Source: Chitinophagales bacterium (GTDB lineage Bacteria > Bacteroidota > Bacteroidia > Chitinophagales > UBA10324). From it: a stretch of DNA of 15,716 nucleotides. Every line of letters starts with the position of its first letter. The first letter of the stretch is position 1. Under the pieces are notes generated by a model that did no database searches, was not told the DNA's origin, and was given only the letters and a program-made list of their open reading frames with translations. Where the stretch lies: assembly GCA_035638255.1 (NCBI GenBank), contig DASRAJ010000034.1:1-15716 (forward strand), given 5' to 3'. Of this stretch, positions 1-6,923 are shown piece by piece. A program made the position numbers and the translations under genes.

Positions 1-1
1 C

Positions 2-181
2 TTAGTCCTGATTGATACGCTGGCAGTAGCCTGGAAAGCGTTAGCCAAACGTGGTCCTTACGATGATTACGTAAACGTGATTGAAGATGATGTGGCTGTG
101 GAAACGCACTTGCATTTGCTGGAGAATGAAAGTACCATTCGTGTAAAAGCGCAACCGCTTTTATGGAAAGCCGCTTTATAA
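2..181 (+). CDS. Partial CDS (3' end only) of a hypothetical protein. The C-terminal 59 aa read ...LVLIDTLAVAWKALAKRGPYDDYVNVIEDDVAVETHLHLLENESTIRVKAQPLLWKAAL*
   Basis: Frame 2 is open from the window edge to a TAA at 179-181. It is followed 22 nt later by a perfect hairpin terminator. No family was recognised from this fragment. Confidence 0.4.
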   Translation, partial: LVLIDTLAVAWKALAKRGPYDDYVNVIEDDVAVETHLHLLENESTIRVKAQPLLWKAAL

Positions 182-203
182 AATATTCCTGTTGTCGCTG
201 GTC

Positions 204-236
204 AAACCTCATAGGTTTAAAAAACCTATGAGGTTT
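204..236. terminator. Bidirectional intrinsic terminator hairpin: AAACCTCATAGGTTT-aaa-AAACCTATGAGGTTT, followed by TTTT
   Basis: Perfect 15-bp inverted repeat with a 3-nt loop, read directly from the sequence. It sits between the stop of the + strand partial CDS (181) and the stop of the convergent - strand gene (276). A T-run follows on the + strand. Confidence 0.65.
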
Positions 237-275
237 TGCGAGCAGAACTCTCGCGAAAAATCCGTACACACCCAA

Positions 276-1274
276 TCACTCTGCCTTCTTTTTTGTTTTC
301 CCGAAGAAGTTATCATCTCCCATTTTTGAAAACTCATGCCTGATCTCTTCAGGAATATCATAAGCAGGAGCGGGAGGTTCTTCAAAAATCACCTGCGGGA
401 AAAGTTTGGTCGCATGTCCTTCAAAATCTTTCGCCCATTCTTTGTGATTGTAAACACAAACAGGCAGACAAGCTGAGCAGTAATTGTATTTAGCGAAGTA
501 GGGAAAGCATTTTCCGGTATCAACCTGGTAGCGATCATTGCCGAGATGATCTTTCCCAGCAGCAGGATTTCTATCGTCAGGAATTGCTTTCGCGGGGCAA
601 TAGATTCTGCACGCTCTGCAATTGTCACAGAAGGCGGCAATGCCTGCATCTATCGGATGATCAATCTTCATGGGAATGGAAGTGATAACGCTTCCCATCC
701 TGAACAGCGGACCTAAAGTAGGATTGATGATAGATCCATGCCTCCCCAACTCACCGAATCCTGCTTTCAATCCGATGGGGATGTGAAGAACATCACTGTC
801 ACCAATAGGATGCTCTACTTTGCATGTGTAGCCAAGCGAGCGAATGAAGGCAGCAAGTTTAATTACCGTTTCTCCAAGAGAATAATAAACGCGGAGACAT
901 TCAATGGCGGAAGTAGTGGAAGGCACTACCTGGAATTCTTTCCATTTCATTCGTTGACCGACAGCAATCGCAAATTTTTCCGTCACCGTTTTCCCCCTGT
1001 AAATATCCGATGGCTCGATCTCACAGATGCCGACAATGTCAGCGCCAAACTCTTTCGCTTTCTCTTTGATCAGCAGAGATGCTTCTTCTTCACTTTTAAA
1101 TTGTTTTTTTTCAGCAGCTACTTCACCTTCGAAGCGCTTGTACTGATCGTTGTAAATGTCATCGAGATATTGATTAACCTCCTCAATGCTGATTGACCTC
1201 CCGCCGACTGAAGCATACCAATCTTCCCATGAAAAAGCCGGTGGAGATTCAGGTGAAGCGTGAAGAAGTTGCAT
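276..1274 (-). CDS. Reductive dehalogenase / epoxyqueuosine reductase (QueG) superfamily protein with two 4Fe-4S cluster motifs. It is short (332 aa) and has no TAT signal.
   Basis: ATG start confirmed at 1272-1274. The first ferredoxin motif is CDNCRACRIYCP (CxxCxxCxxxCP). The second cluster is C-x10-C-x2-C-x3-C (CFPYFAKYNYCSACLPVC), as seen in RdhA-type proteins. The N-terminal KEFGADIVGI and GFGELGRHGSIINPTLGP blocks are typical of the RdhA/QueG fold. No twin-arginine motif and no membrane anchor are present, so a cytoplasmic enzyme is predicted. Confidence 0.6.
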   Translation of the reverse strand: MQLLHASPESPPAFSWEDWYASVGGRSISIEEVNQYLDDIYNDQYKRFEGEVAAEKKQFKSEEEASLLIKEKAKEFGADIVGICEIEPSDIYRGKTVTEKFAIAVGQRMKWKEFQVVPSTTSAIECLRVYYSLGETVIKLAAFIRSLGYTCKVEHPIGDSDVLHIPIGLKAGFGELGRHGSIINPTLGPLFRMGSVITSIPMKIDHPIDAGIAAFCDNCRACRIYCPAKAIPDDRNPAAGKDHLGNDRYQVDTGKCFPYFAKYNYCSACLPVCVYNHKEWAKDFEGHATKLFPQVIFEEPPAPAYDIPEEIRHEFSKMGDDNFFGKTKKKAE

Positions 1275-1465
1275 GTGATTCTGTGGAATTTTATTGACTT
1301 TATTCGCGCTGTGAATTTCGTTGTTTTCTTCATCATGCGACTTTGCTCATTGCTGAAGTAAGGGTTAGATGATTCAGTTAGAAGAGGATTTATACTTTCA
1401 TTCCCGATTATCCTTTGCGATAAAAATTTTCTGTTGACAAGAAGCTTAATTAAGAATCAGAAACT

Positions 1466-2050
1466 ATGGAGATCAGCAAAACACTGTATGTGAAAAATCG
1501 AGGGCAATGGAGAGCATGGCTTGAGAAAAACCATTCCACTGAGAACGAAATTTGGCTGGTGTACTACAATAAAAAGAGTGGCAAAGCCAGTATGACTCAC
1601 AGCGATGGAGTTGAAGAAGCGCTTTGCTTTGGATGGATTGATAGCACGAGGAAGTCCATAGATAAAGATCGCTCCGCACAGAGATTTACACCGCGCAGAA
1701 AAAATAGTAACCTGTCAGAGCTGAATAAAGAAAGGGTGCAGCGCCTTATCAAATCCGGAATGATGAAGTCAGCCGGGCTTGATAGTATAAGGCATCATTT
1801 TGATAAGCGCTCAAAAGAATTATCGGCTTCTACGGAACTTAAGAAATTCAAGTTGCCAAAAGATATTCTTGCCGAGCTGAGAAAGGATCCGGTTGTTTGG
1901 AAGAACTTTAAAAAATTCCCTGAGTATTATCAACACATTCGAATCGGCTTCATTGACAACAGCAGAAATCGTCCGGAGTTTTTTCGAAAACGATTAGATT
2001 ATTTTCTGAAGATGACAGCCAGGAATAAAAAGTATGGCACCATAAAATAA
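1466..2050 (+). CDS. YdeI/OmpD-associated family protein (DUF1801-like; 194 aa)
   Basis: ATG at 1466. Hallmark blocks of the YdeI/OmdA family are present: WRAWLEKNH, EIWLVYYNKKSGK, EEALCFGWIDS and RFTPRRKNSNLSELNKERVQRLIKSGMM. It is divergently transcribed from the RdhA-like gene. Confidence 0.75.
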   Translation: MEISKTLYVKNRGQWRAWLEKNHSTENEIWLVYYNKKSGKASMTHSDGVEEALCFGWIDSTRKSIDKDRSAQRFTPRRKNSNLSELNKERVQRLIKSGMMKSAGLDSIRHHFDKRSKELSASTELKKFKLPKDILAELRKDPVVWKNFKKFPEYYQHIRIGFIDNSRNRPEFFRKRLDYFLKMTARNKKYGTIK

Positions 2051-2069
2051 GAATTGCACTCGCAGCGGA

Positions 2070-2693
2070 TCAAATTTTCTTCACAGAAAAACATATCTTA
2101 TAAAAAAACCACGCGAATACAGGCGCTACGACCACGTCAACCGTGTAATGCACATGCTGAATTAAAAGACATGTCGCAACTCCAATAGTTATGAAGAGGA
2201 AAAATATTTTCAGTGGGCGATTCGGAGCAGCAAGAAAAAGTAAAAACATGGTGGAGGTATGCCCGGAGAAAAATAAATCCTTCGTAATTATTTTCCCGCC
2301 ATAACCAATTGCATCAACGAAAGGATCCGTCAGCAGAATTAATCCCGGCGGATCATTCAGAGGAACTAACCAATTGCAAACTACCCTCGCAACCGTAAGA
2401 AGACAATACGATTGTAAAGCCCGCAACAACACTTGAGGATAAAATGAAAACGAAATAATGGCGACGATAATCGCGGAATAAATCATCGTAAAGGTGAGCG
2501 GGGAAAGGTTACGGGGAGGTAACAGTTGCAGCAATGGATCGTATAATACGCGACCTGTTCTTTCCTGGATGAATAAAAAAAAATGAGGCATAAGACTTAT
2601 GATGAGAACTATCAGTAAAATCGTGGCCAGCAGTTGAATTCTGAAACTATTTTTCGCCCACGCTTCCTTCCACGATAATTTTTCCCTCACCAT
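2070..2693 (-). CDS. PAP2_C / sphingomyelin-synthase-like integral membrane protein (phospholipid head-group phosphotransferase family).
   Basis: The ORF track extends this gene to a TTG at 2783. The more likely start is the ATG at 2691-2693 (MVREKLSW...), which is preceded on the coding strand by GGAAGGAGG-caaaaaaa. There are multiple hydrophobic helices. The SMS-family D3 motif is KDLFFSGHT (D-x3-SGHT). The D4 motif is HYTVDVVVAPVFAWFFY (HYTxDV...). These carry the catalytic His/Asp residues of LPP-type phosphotransferases. A possible D1-like PLLQLLPP segment is present. Confidence 0.65.
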   Translation of the reverse strand: MVREKLSWKEAWAKNSFRIQLLATILLIVLIISLMPHFFLFIQERTGRVLYDPLLQLLPPRNLSPLTFTMIYSAIIVAIISFSFYPQVLLRALQSYCLLTVARVVCNWLVPLNDPPGLILLTDPFVDAIGYGGKIITKDLFFSGHTSTMFLLFLAAPNRPLKIFFLFITIGVATCLLIQHVHYTVDVVVAPVFAWFFYKICFSVKKI

Positions 2694-2860
2694 TTTTTTT
2701 GCCTCCTTCCTGTTGCTTACTGCTCCATTGTGTGTTGTGCGGTTTGCACAGCATTTCCGAACAAGGCGCTCGTTTTTTGCCAACTGAAAACTGCCAACTC
2801 ATTTCAATTTTGCCTATTGCCTATCGAAGTGAAACGAAGATCCCGATTTTTCGGGACTGC

Positions 2861-3652
2861 CTATTTTTTCCGCTTCTCCTTCTTTACATAAAGTCCGCCG
2901 GCTACTTTTTCCACAAGATTCTTTGGAGCAATACGCGCCATAAATGCACCCGCCTGATTCGTAAAGCCGGGAATGATCTCAGCTTTCCCGGCCAGCATTC
3001 CTTTGATTCCGAATTCAGCAACATCCTCAGGCGACATACTCATTTTGTCAGAAAGCTTTTGCATGTGAAACATTCGTGCCCGTTCAACAAAATTTGTTTT
3101 GGTTGGCCCGGGTGAAAGGCATGTGACGGAGATTGGAGTGCTGTTCAATTCACGACGCAGGCCTCGCGAGAAGGAAAGCACAAATGATTTTGCTGCCGCA
3201 TACAGCGTGATGGTAGGAACTGCCTGGTAGGCGGCGCTGCTGCTGAGGTTTAAAATGTAGGCCCGGTTTTGCAACATTAACTTTGGAATCAACAGATGCG
3301 TAAGGTTGATCATCGTGAAAATATTCACAGCGATCATTTCATTTTGCTCCTGCAAGCTCAGTTCGATAAAATTCCCCCACAATGCATAGCCGGCATTGTT
3401 AATGAGTATCTGTACATCAAAATTGTTTTCATCAACCCATTGAAAAATTTTTTGAGCTGAATCCTGCTGAGAGAGATCCAGAGCGAGATACTGAGCCCTT
3501 ACTCCATATTTGTTCTTCAAATCATCAGAAAGTTGTTGTAGCAATGAATCAGTGCGCGCCACCAGCAGTAAATCAATTTGTCTTTTTGCCAGAGATTCAG
3601 CAAAAGCTTTTCCGATGCCCTTACTTGCACCGGTGATTAAGGCATAAGACAT
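2861..3652 (-). CDS. Short-chain dehydrogenase/reductase (classical SDR, NAD(P)-dependent; 263 aa)
   Basis: ATG at 3650-3652. The Rossmann motif is TGASKGIGKA. An NNAG motif is present. The catalytic Y-x3-K is YAAAK, with an upstream serine (LSSSAAY). Confidence 0.85.
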   Translation of the reverse strand: MSYALITGASKGIGKAFAESLAKRQIDLLLVARTDSLLQQLSDDLKNKYGVRAQYLALDLSQQDSAQKIFQWVDENNFDVQILINNAGYALWGNFIELSLQEQNEMIAVNIFTMINLTHLLIPKLMLQNRAYILNLSSSAAYQAVPTITLYAAAKSFVLSFSRGLRRELNSTPISVTCLSPGPTKTNFVERARMFHMQKLSDKMSMSPEDVAEFGIKGMLAGKAEIIPGFTNQAGAFMARIAPKNLVEKVAGGLYVKKEKRKK

Positions 3653-3716
3653 TTCGGATAATGGATTTCGAATTGGAGGCGTGAATGAAAGGTATCAGTG
3701 TATGTATTCACTTATT

Positions 3717-3751
3717 GACCAATGACCAATGACTAAAGACCAATGACCAAT
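3717..3751. repeat. Heptad tandem repeat (GACCAAT)x5, with the third unit degenerate (GACTAAA).
   Basis: Read directly: GACCAATGACCAATGACTAAAGACCAATGACCAAT. It starts 2 nt after the stop codon (3753-3755, minus strand) of the PhyH-family gene and lies ~65 nt upstream of the SDR start. On the coding (minus) strand it reads (ATTGGTC)n. Confidence 0.8.
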
Positions 3752-3752
3752 C

Positions 3753-4580
3753 TCACCTCACCACTCTCTGAAAGTGATGATAAATCGGCGTCTTGCTTTT
3801 TTCTGACTTCGGTTTGAACTTACCGGCAATGATAGGAAAATACATCATACGTCGCTTGCTTGCTGCTCCTTTCACTGATGCTAACGCCGCACGATGCCAC
3901 ACCCGGCCATGATGCACTGTGAGGTCACCGGCCTTGGTTTCAATGGCAAATTCATTTTTGTCATCGCGGTTATCAATGAAATGTTTCTTGCGGAAAAAAA
4001 ACTCATAAATGTTTTGCTTGTGAGTACCCGGCAACACGCGCAACCCGCCCTTTTCCCTGGGAGAGTCGTCCAGGCTAATGCCTACGTTTACCATAGGATC
4101 CAAACGGAAGCCGGCAAACACATCCCGCATGCCGTCAGTATGCCAACCGAGTTTGGTGAGCTGACTTTCTTCGGTATTCACATAATGGCTGATCACGAGC
4201 CCATCCTTTTCATATTCGCCGATGCGGCAATCGTTACCTACAAAATCTTTCAGCGCTAACAACCGCGGGTCGGCGAGAAATTCATGAAGCACCGGTGAGT
4301 TTAGGGATGCAAATGCAAATCGTTGAACAATGGTATTACCGTTTTCATCAGTTCCGTATTTGATCGGGATGCCATTCACTTTGGTAACGTTATTCCGGAT
4401 CCATTCCTTTTCCACCTCCTCCATTGCGGTCAATGCTTTCGCTACCTGGTCGGGGGTAAAAAAATTAGTGAAGTGAATGAAACCGTACTTACCGAAGAAC
4501 GAGATTTGCTCCTTAGTCAATTGATCACCGAGAACAAAAGTTTGATTGAGTTCTTCTTTCTTCGTTATTGAGTCAGTCAT
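3753..4580 (-). CDS. Phytanoyl-CoA dioxygenase (PhyH) family Fe(II)/2-oxoglutarate-dependent oxygenase
   Basis: The track ORF starts at a TTG (4607); the ATG at 4578-4580 (MTDSITKK) is preferred. The PhyH-family metal triad is recognisable: WHTD (H-x-D) plus a distal His in LRVLPGTHK / HGRVWHR. The size (~275 aa) fits the family. Confidence 0.75.
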   Translation of the reverse strand: MTDSITKKEELNQTFVLGDQLTKEQISFFGKYGFIHFTNFFTPDQVAKALTAMEEVEKEWIRNNVTKVNGIPIKYGTDENGNTIVQRFAFASLNSPVLHEFLADPRLLALKDFVGNDCRIGEYEKDGLVISHYVNTEESQLTKLGWHTDGMRDVFAGFRLDPMVNVGISLDDSPREKGGLRVLPGTHKQNIYEFFFRKKHFIDNRDDKNEFAIETKAGDLTVHHGRVWHRAALASVKGAASKRRMMYFPIIAGKFKPKSEKSKTPIYHHFQRVVR

Positions 4581-4688
4581 GAAGTACGTTTTGGGAGCGG
4601 ATTGCAAAACTGCATCAAATTTTTTTTATTCTGGTTTTAATTTGATAACGTGAAGTTAAAAATTGCTTAATTAAGTTGATAATGCTTC

Positions 4689-4797
4689 GATTACACCGAT
4701 TTTCCCGTGATTACACCGATTACTTTGTGATGTGCATCGGTGTAATCCCTTTTTTATTTTCCTTGGAAGAATCTTTCGGGATGAAATCGGTGTCATC
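4689..4797. promoter_or_regulatory. Cluster of ACACCGAT/ATCGGTGT motifs, including a perfect 12-bp inverted repeat GATTACACCGAT (4709-4720) / ATCGGTGTAATC (4736-4747). It also contains a copy of the bipartite module GATTACTTTGTGAT...CATCGGTG...AAATCGGTGTCATC.
   Basis: Four copies of the 8-mer core lie within 110 bp at 4689-4700, 4709-4720, 4736-4747 and 4784-4797. The region lies between the 3' end of the lipoprotein gene (4805) and the 5' end of the PhyH-SDR-PAP2_C operon (4580). The 14-mers GATTACTTTGTGAT (4718-4731) and AAATCGGTGTCATC (4784-4797) recur at 5213-5226 and 5260-5273. Confidence 0.5.
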
Positions 4798-4804
4798 CTC
4801 TTCT

Positions 4805-5233
4805 TCATAATTCAAGCTCTGTTTTGATAAAATCCTTGGTGCCTTTGGGGCCGGTAAGTTGCAGCCACACAAAGTCCTGGTCACCTCTCACGGCGAGGTT
4901 AAATGTAAAGAAATCACAGCATTCCTTTTCGGTTTTAATGAATGATGTAAGCGTGTCAATCATGGCATCGCTTCCCTGAAATTTGTAGGCGTAGCCATTT
5001 TCAAGTTCTTTTTTCTCCTTCACATTTTTTTGCAACAGGGCGAGCACCTTAGCTTTCCGCTGTTGCATTTCAGATGATGTCAGCTTGCAGGCAAGGGGAG
5101 ACTTGCAATCATCATCGAAAAGCGAAGTTGTTTTGAAAGCCATTGGCTGATCAGAATTATTATTGCACGAATTTATTGCTGAGATCACACAGATTCCCAG
5201 AAAGATTACACTGATTACTTTGTGATTTTTCAT
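4805..5233 (-). CDS. Small secreted lipoprotein of unknown function (about 142 aa after start correction)
   Basis: The preferred start is the ATG at 5231-5233, giving MKNHKVISVIFLGICVISAINSC, a good lipoprotein signal with a lipobox Cys. The upstream in-frame ATG at 5272 would add 13 aa ahead of the signal peptide and overlaps the duplicated sequence module. No family was recognised; the protein is Cys-containing (CKSPLAC, ECCDFF). Confidence 0.55.
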   Translation of the reverse strand: MKNHKVISVIFLGICVISAINSCNNNSDQPMAFKTTSLFDDDCKSPLACKLTSSEMQQRKAKVLALLQKNVKEKKELENGYAYKFQGSDAMIDTLTSFIKTEKECCDFFTFNLAVRGDQDFVWLQLTGPKGTKDFIKTELEL

Positions 5234-5273
5234 CGGTGAAATCAATTTTTGCGTTTTCAAAATCGGTGTCATC
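5213..5273. promoter_or_regulatory. Second copy of the bipartite module (GATTACTTTGTGAT-N4-CATCGGTG ... AAATCGGTGTCATC). It overlaps the translation start of the lipoprotein gene.
   Basis: Positions 5213-5239 match 4718-4743 at about 26 of 30 nt. Positions 5260-5273 are identical to 4784-4797. The spacer between the two blocks differs: 34 nt here versus 53 nt in the other copy. Confidence 0.5.
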
Positions 5274-5294
5274 GTAATATTATTTTGCTCATTG

Positions 5295-6725
5295 TTATTT
5301 CATTTTTGAAAGAAGCGTTTTGAATTTTTCATTTTGTTGAAGTAAAGCGAGTGCCGGCTCGTTCAAAATTTTTGATGAATCATTCAATCCCAAATCTATA
5401 GCATGCTGCAGGGATTGAACAGCTTCATCATCTTTCCCTTGTTTTGCAAACATGCACGCCTCAAGAAACGGCTGATCTGAATTTTTAGGATCGGCCAATT
5501 TGTAAATCACCAGCATTTTTTCTGCCACCTCGAATTTACCCTGCTGAATGGAATTGCTCGAAATGGAATATCCTGCAAGCGAAATGAAACCGAGCAGGCG
5601 CTGGTACATGGATTTCTGTTGCGGATCTTTTACTGCATTCATTCGTGCAATCTCCGTCTTCCACCAATTCAAATCCTTCGACTGAAATTCGTCAATGTAC
5701 TGTTGCTTGATCGCTGATTCCTGCTGCAGCACTTTTTGTTTGTCACTTAATTCTTTCCGGTAAGAAGGATTTTGCTGAAGCTGAGTTACTCCTGCTTTGA
5801 AGCGATCAATATTATAAAGCCCGTCGAGGAAGAAAACAATTTTTTCCTGTACCGCTTCCTGCACCAGGTAGTCATGCGAATCAGAAAGTCGCTTGTTATT
5901 CTCATCAACAAACTGCTGAGCCATTTGCGGGTTGAAAGGAATGTCATGTGCGCGCATGCGATTGAAGGCAAGCCAGTAAAATGCATCACGGAACGAAGCG
6001 CTATCAGGCCACTCGTGCTTACCATTCCACTCAACAAGAAAATGATTGTAAGAAGTGGACTGCATTGATTGATCGAATGCTATCACATCGGTGTAGTTCA
6101 TGTCATTTACACCAGCAAAACCGAGAGTAGAAAAAATCCTTGAGCCCTTTTGAAGGGGCATTGCTGCTCCGCAATAAATTACTGATGAAGCATTTTGATT
6201 GCTCATCGCTGAAGAAAGCGCTACCCGAGACCCGCCTGAAAAACCTGAGAGCGTGATTTCATTTTCAACAGAGAGGCGGGAGATTGTTTCGTTCATTAGA
6301 GTGCCGGCAATTTGGTTTGTTTGATCGAATGACAATCCATTCTTCGAGTCATTCGAGCCAACGAGAATCACTCCGAATTCTTCCGCGAGATGATGATACT
6401 TTGTCACCACATAGTTTCCGCTGCTATGAGGATCGAAGAAGATGATTGCCGGATATTTTTTTAAAGTGTCGTAAGAAGTTGGCAGATACAATGCGAACGA
6501 AAGAGCCGGATTTGTTTTGCAGGAAATTTCCGGAATCACTTTCCCGGTCTGAAAAGTTTCTTTACGAGCGCCAACCCTGACTCGGTTTTGATCCCCTTCA
6601 GCGGTTGAAGCGTTGGGGGCATTTTTATTTTGCTGAGAGGAACATGACCAGGACAAGAATGAAAGCGCTGCAACGAAAAAAAATATCAAGTGTCTTAAAA
6701 ATTTCTTACACCACATTTTATCCAT
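5295..6725 (-). CDS. Alpha/beta-hydrolase fold esterase (PHB-depolymerase/feruloyl-esterase-like) lipoprotein with a C-terminal TPR-like helical domain
   Basis: The track start is a TTG at 6737; the ATG at 6723-6725 (MDKMWCKK...) or at 6716 is preferred. The signal peptide has the lipobox LSWSC. The block YLPTSYDTLKKYPAIIFFDPHSSG is typical of secreted esterases. The nucleophile elbow is GFSGGS (G-x-S-x-G). The C-terminal ~150 aa are helical and TPR-like (AEKMLVIYKLADP..., ACMFAKQGKDDEAVQSLQHAIDLG). Confidence 0.7.
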   Translation of the reverse strand: MDKMWCKKFLRHLIFFFVAALSFLSWSCSSQQNKNAPNASTAEGDQNRVRVGARKETFQTGKVIPEISCKTNPALSFALYLPTSYDTLKKYPAIIFFDPHSSGNYVVTKYHHLAEEFGVILVGSNDSKNGLSFDQTNQIAGTLMNETISRLSVENEITLSGFSGGSRVALSSAMSNQNASSVIYCGAAMPLQKGSRIFSTLGFAGVNDMNYTDVIAFDQSMQSTSYNHFLVEWNGKHEWPDSASFRDAFYWLAFNRMRAHDIPFNPQMAQQFVDENNKRLSDSHDYLVQEAVQEKIVFFLDGLYNIDRFKAGVTQLQQNPSYRKELSDKQKVLQQESAIKQQYIDEFQSKDLNWWKTEIARMNAVKDPQQKSMYQRLLGFISLAGYSISSNSIQQGKFEVAEKMLVIYKLADPKNSDQPFLEACMFAKQGKDDEAVQSLQHAIDLGLNDSSKILNEPALALLQQNEKFKTLLSKMK

Positions 6726-6836
6726 GACGTTTCGCAAAGAGAAGAATGAAAGGGCAAAAATACCAAACCCGATTTTGCCATTGTTGATTTTTGCGCCGCC
6801 ATTTGCAGGGTAGAACCAGCAACAGCACTGCAGCAG

Positions 6837-6905
6837 CTTTATCTTTGGTTTATATAAACTTTATTTCAGCGAAGGAGTTTGATTGGGGTTGGAAAAAATT
6901 CTCAT
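6837..6905. repeat. Copy X of a ~70-bp conserved element (TTTATCTTTGGTTTATATAAACTTTATTTCAGCGAAGGAGTTTGATTGGGGTTGGAAAAAA). It is a direct repeat of 8777-8848.
   Basis: A hand alignment against 8777-8848 gives about 85% identity over ~70 nt in the same orientation. It lies between the esterase gene start (6725) and the stop of the propeller gene (6924). Confidence 0.75.
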
Positions 6906-6923
6906 CTTCAATTATAGAAATAC

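Noticed and set aside
738-1196. 152-aa + strand ORF antisense to the RdhA-like gene. The same applies to the nested - strand ORFs 389..649 and 1118..1336.
   Set aside because: They are entirely embedded in or antisense to a well-supported Fe-S protein gene and have low-complexity, Phe/Arg-rich composition with no recognisable motifs. They are typical shadow ORFs.
2841-2856. Short hairpin TCCCG-attttt-CGGGA between the SDR and PAP2_C genes, considered as an intra-operon terminator or attenuator
   Set aside because: It has only a 5-6-bp stem. That is too weak to call, and co-transcription of the flanking genes is more parsimonious.
3894-4571. Plus-strand ORFs 3894..4259 and 4323..4571, antisense to the PhyH-family gene
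   Set aside because: They are shadow ORFs opposite a gene with clear family motifs. No signal peptide, motifs or independent start context.
5772-6068. Antisense ORFs 5772..6068 (+) and 5786..6037 (-, out of frame) inside the esterase gene
   Set aside because: They overlap a gene with a clear signal peptide and G-x-S-x-G motif. No features of their own.
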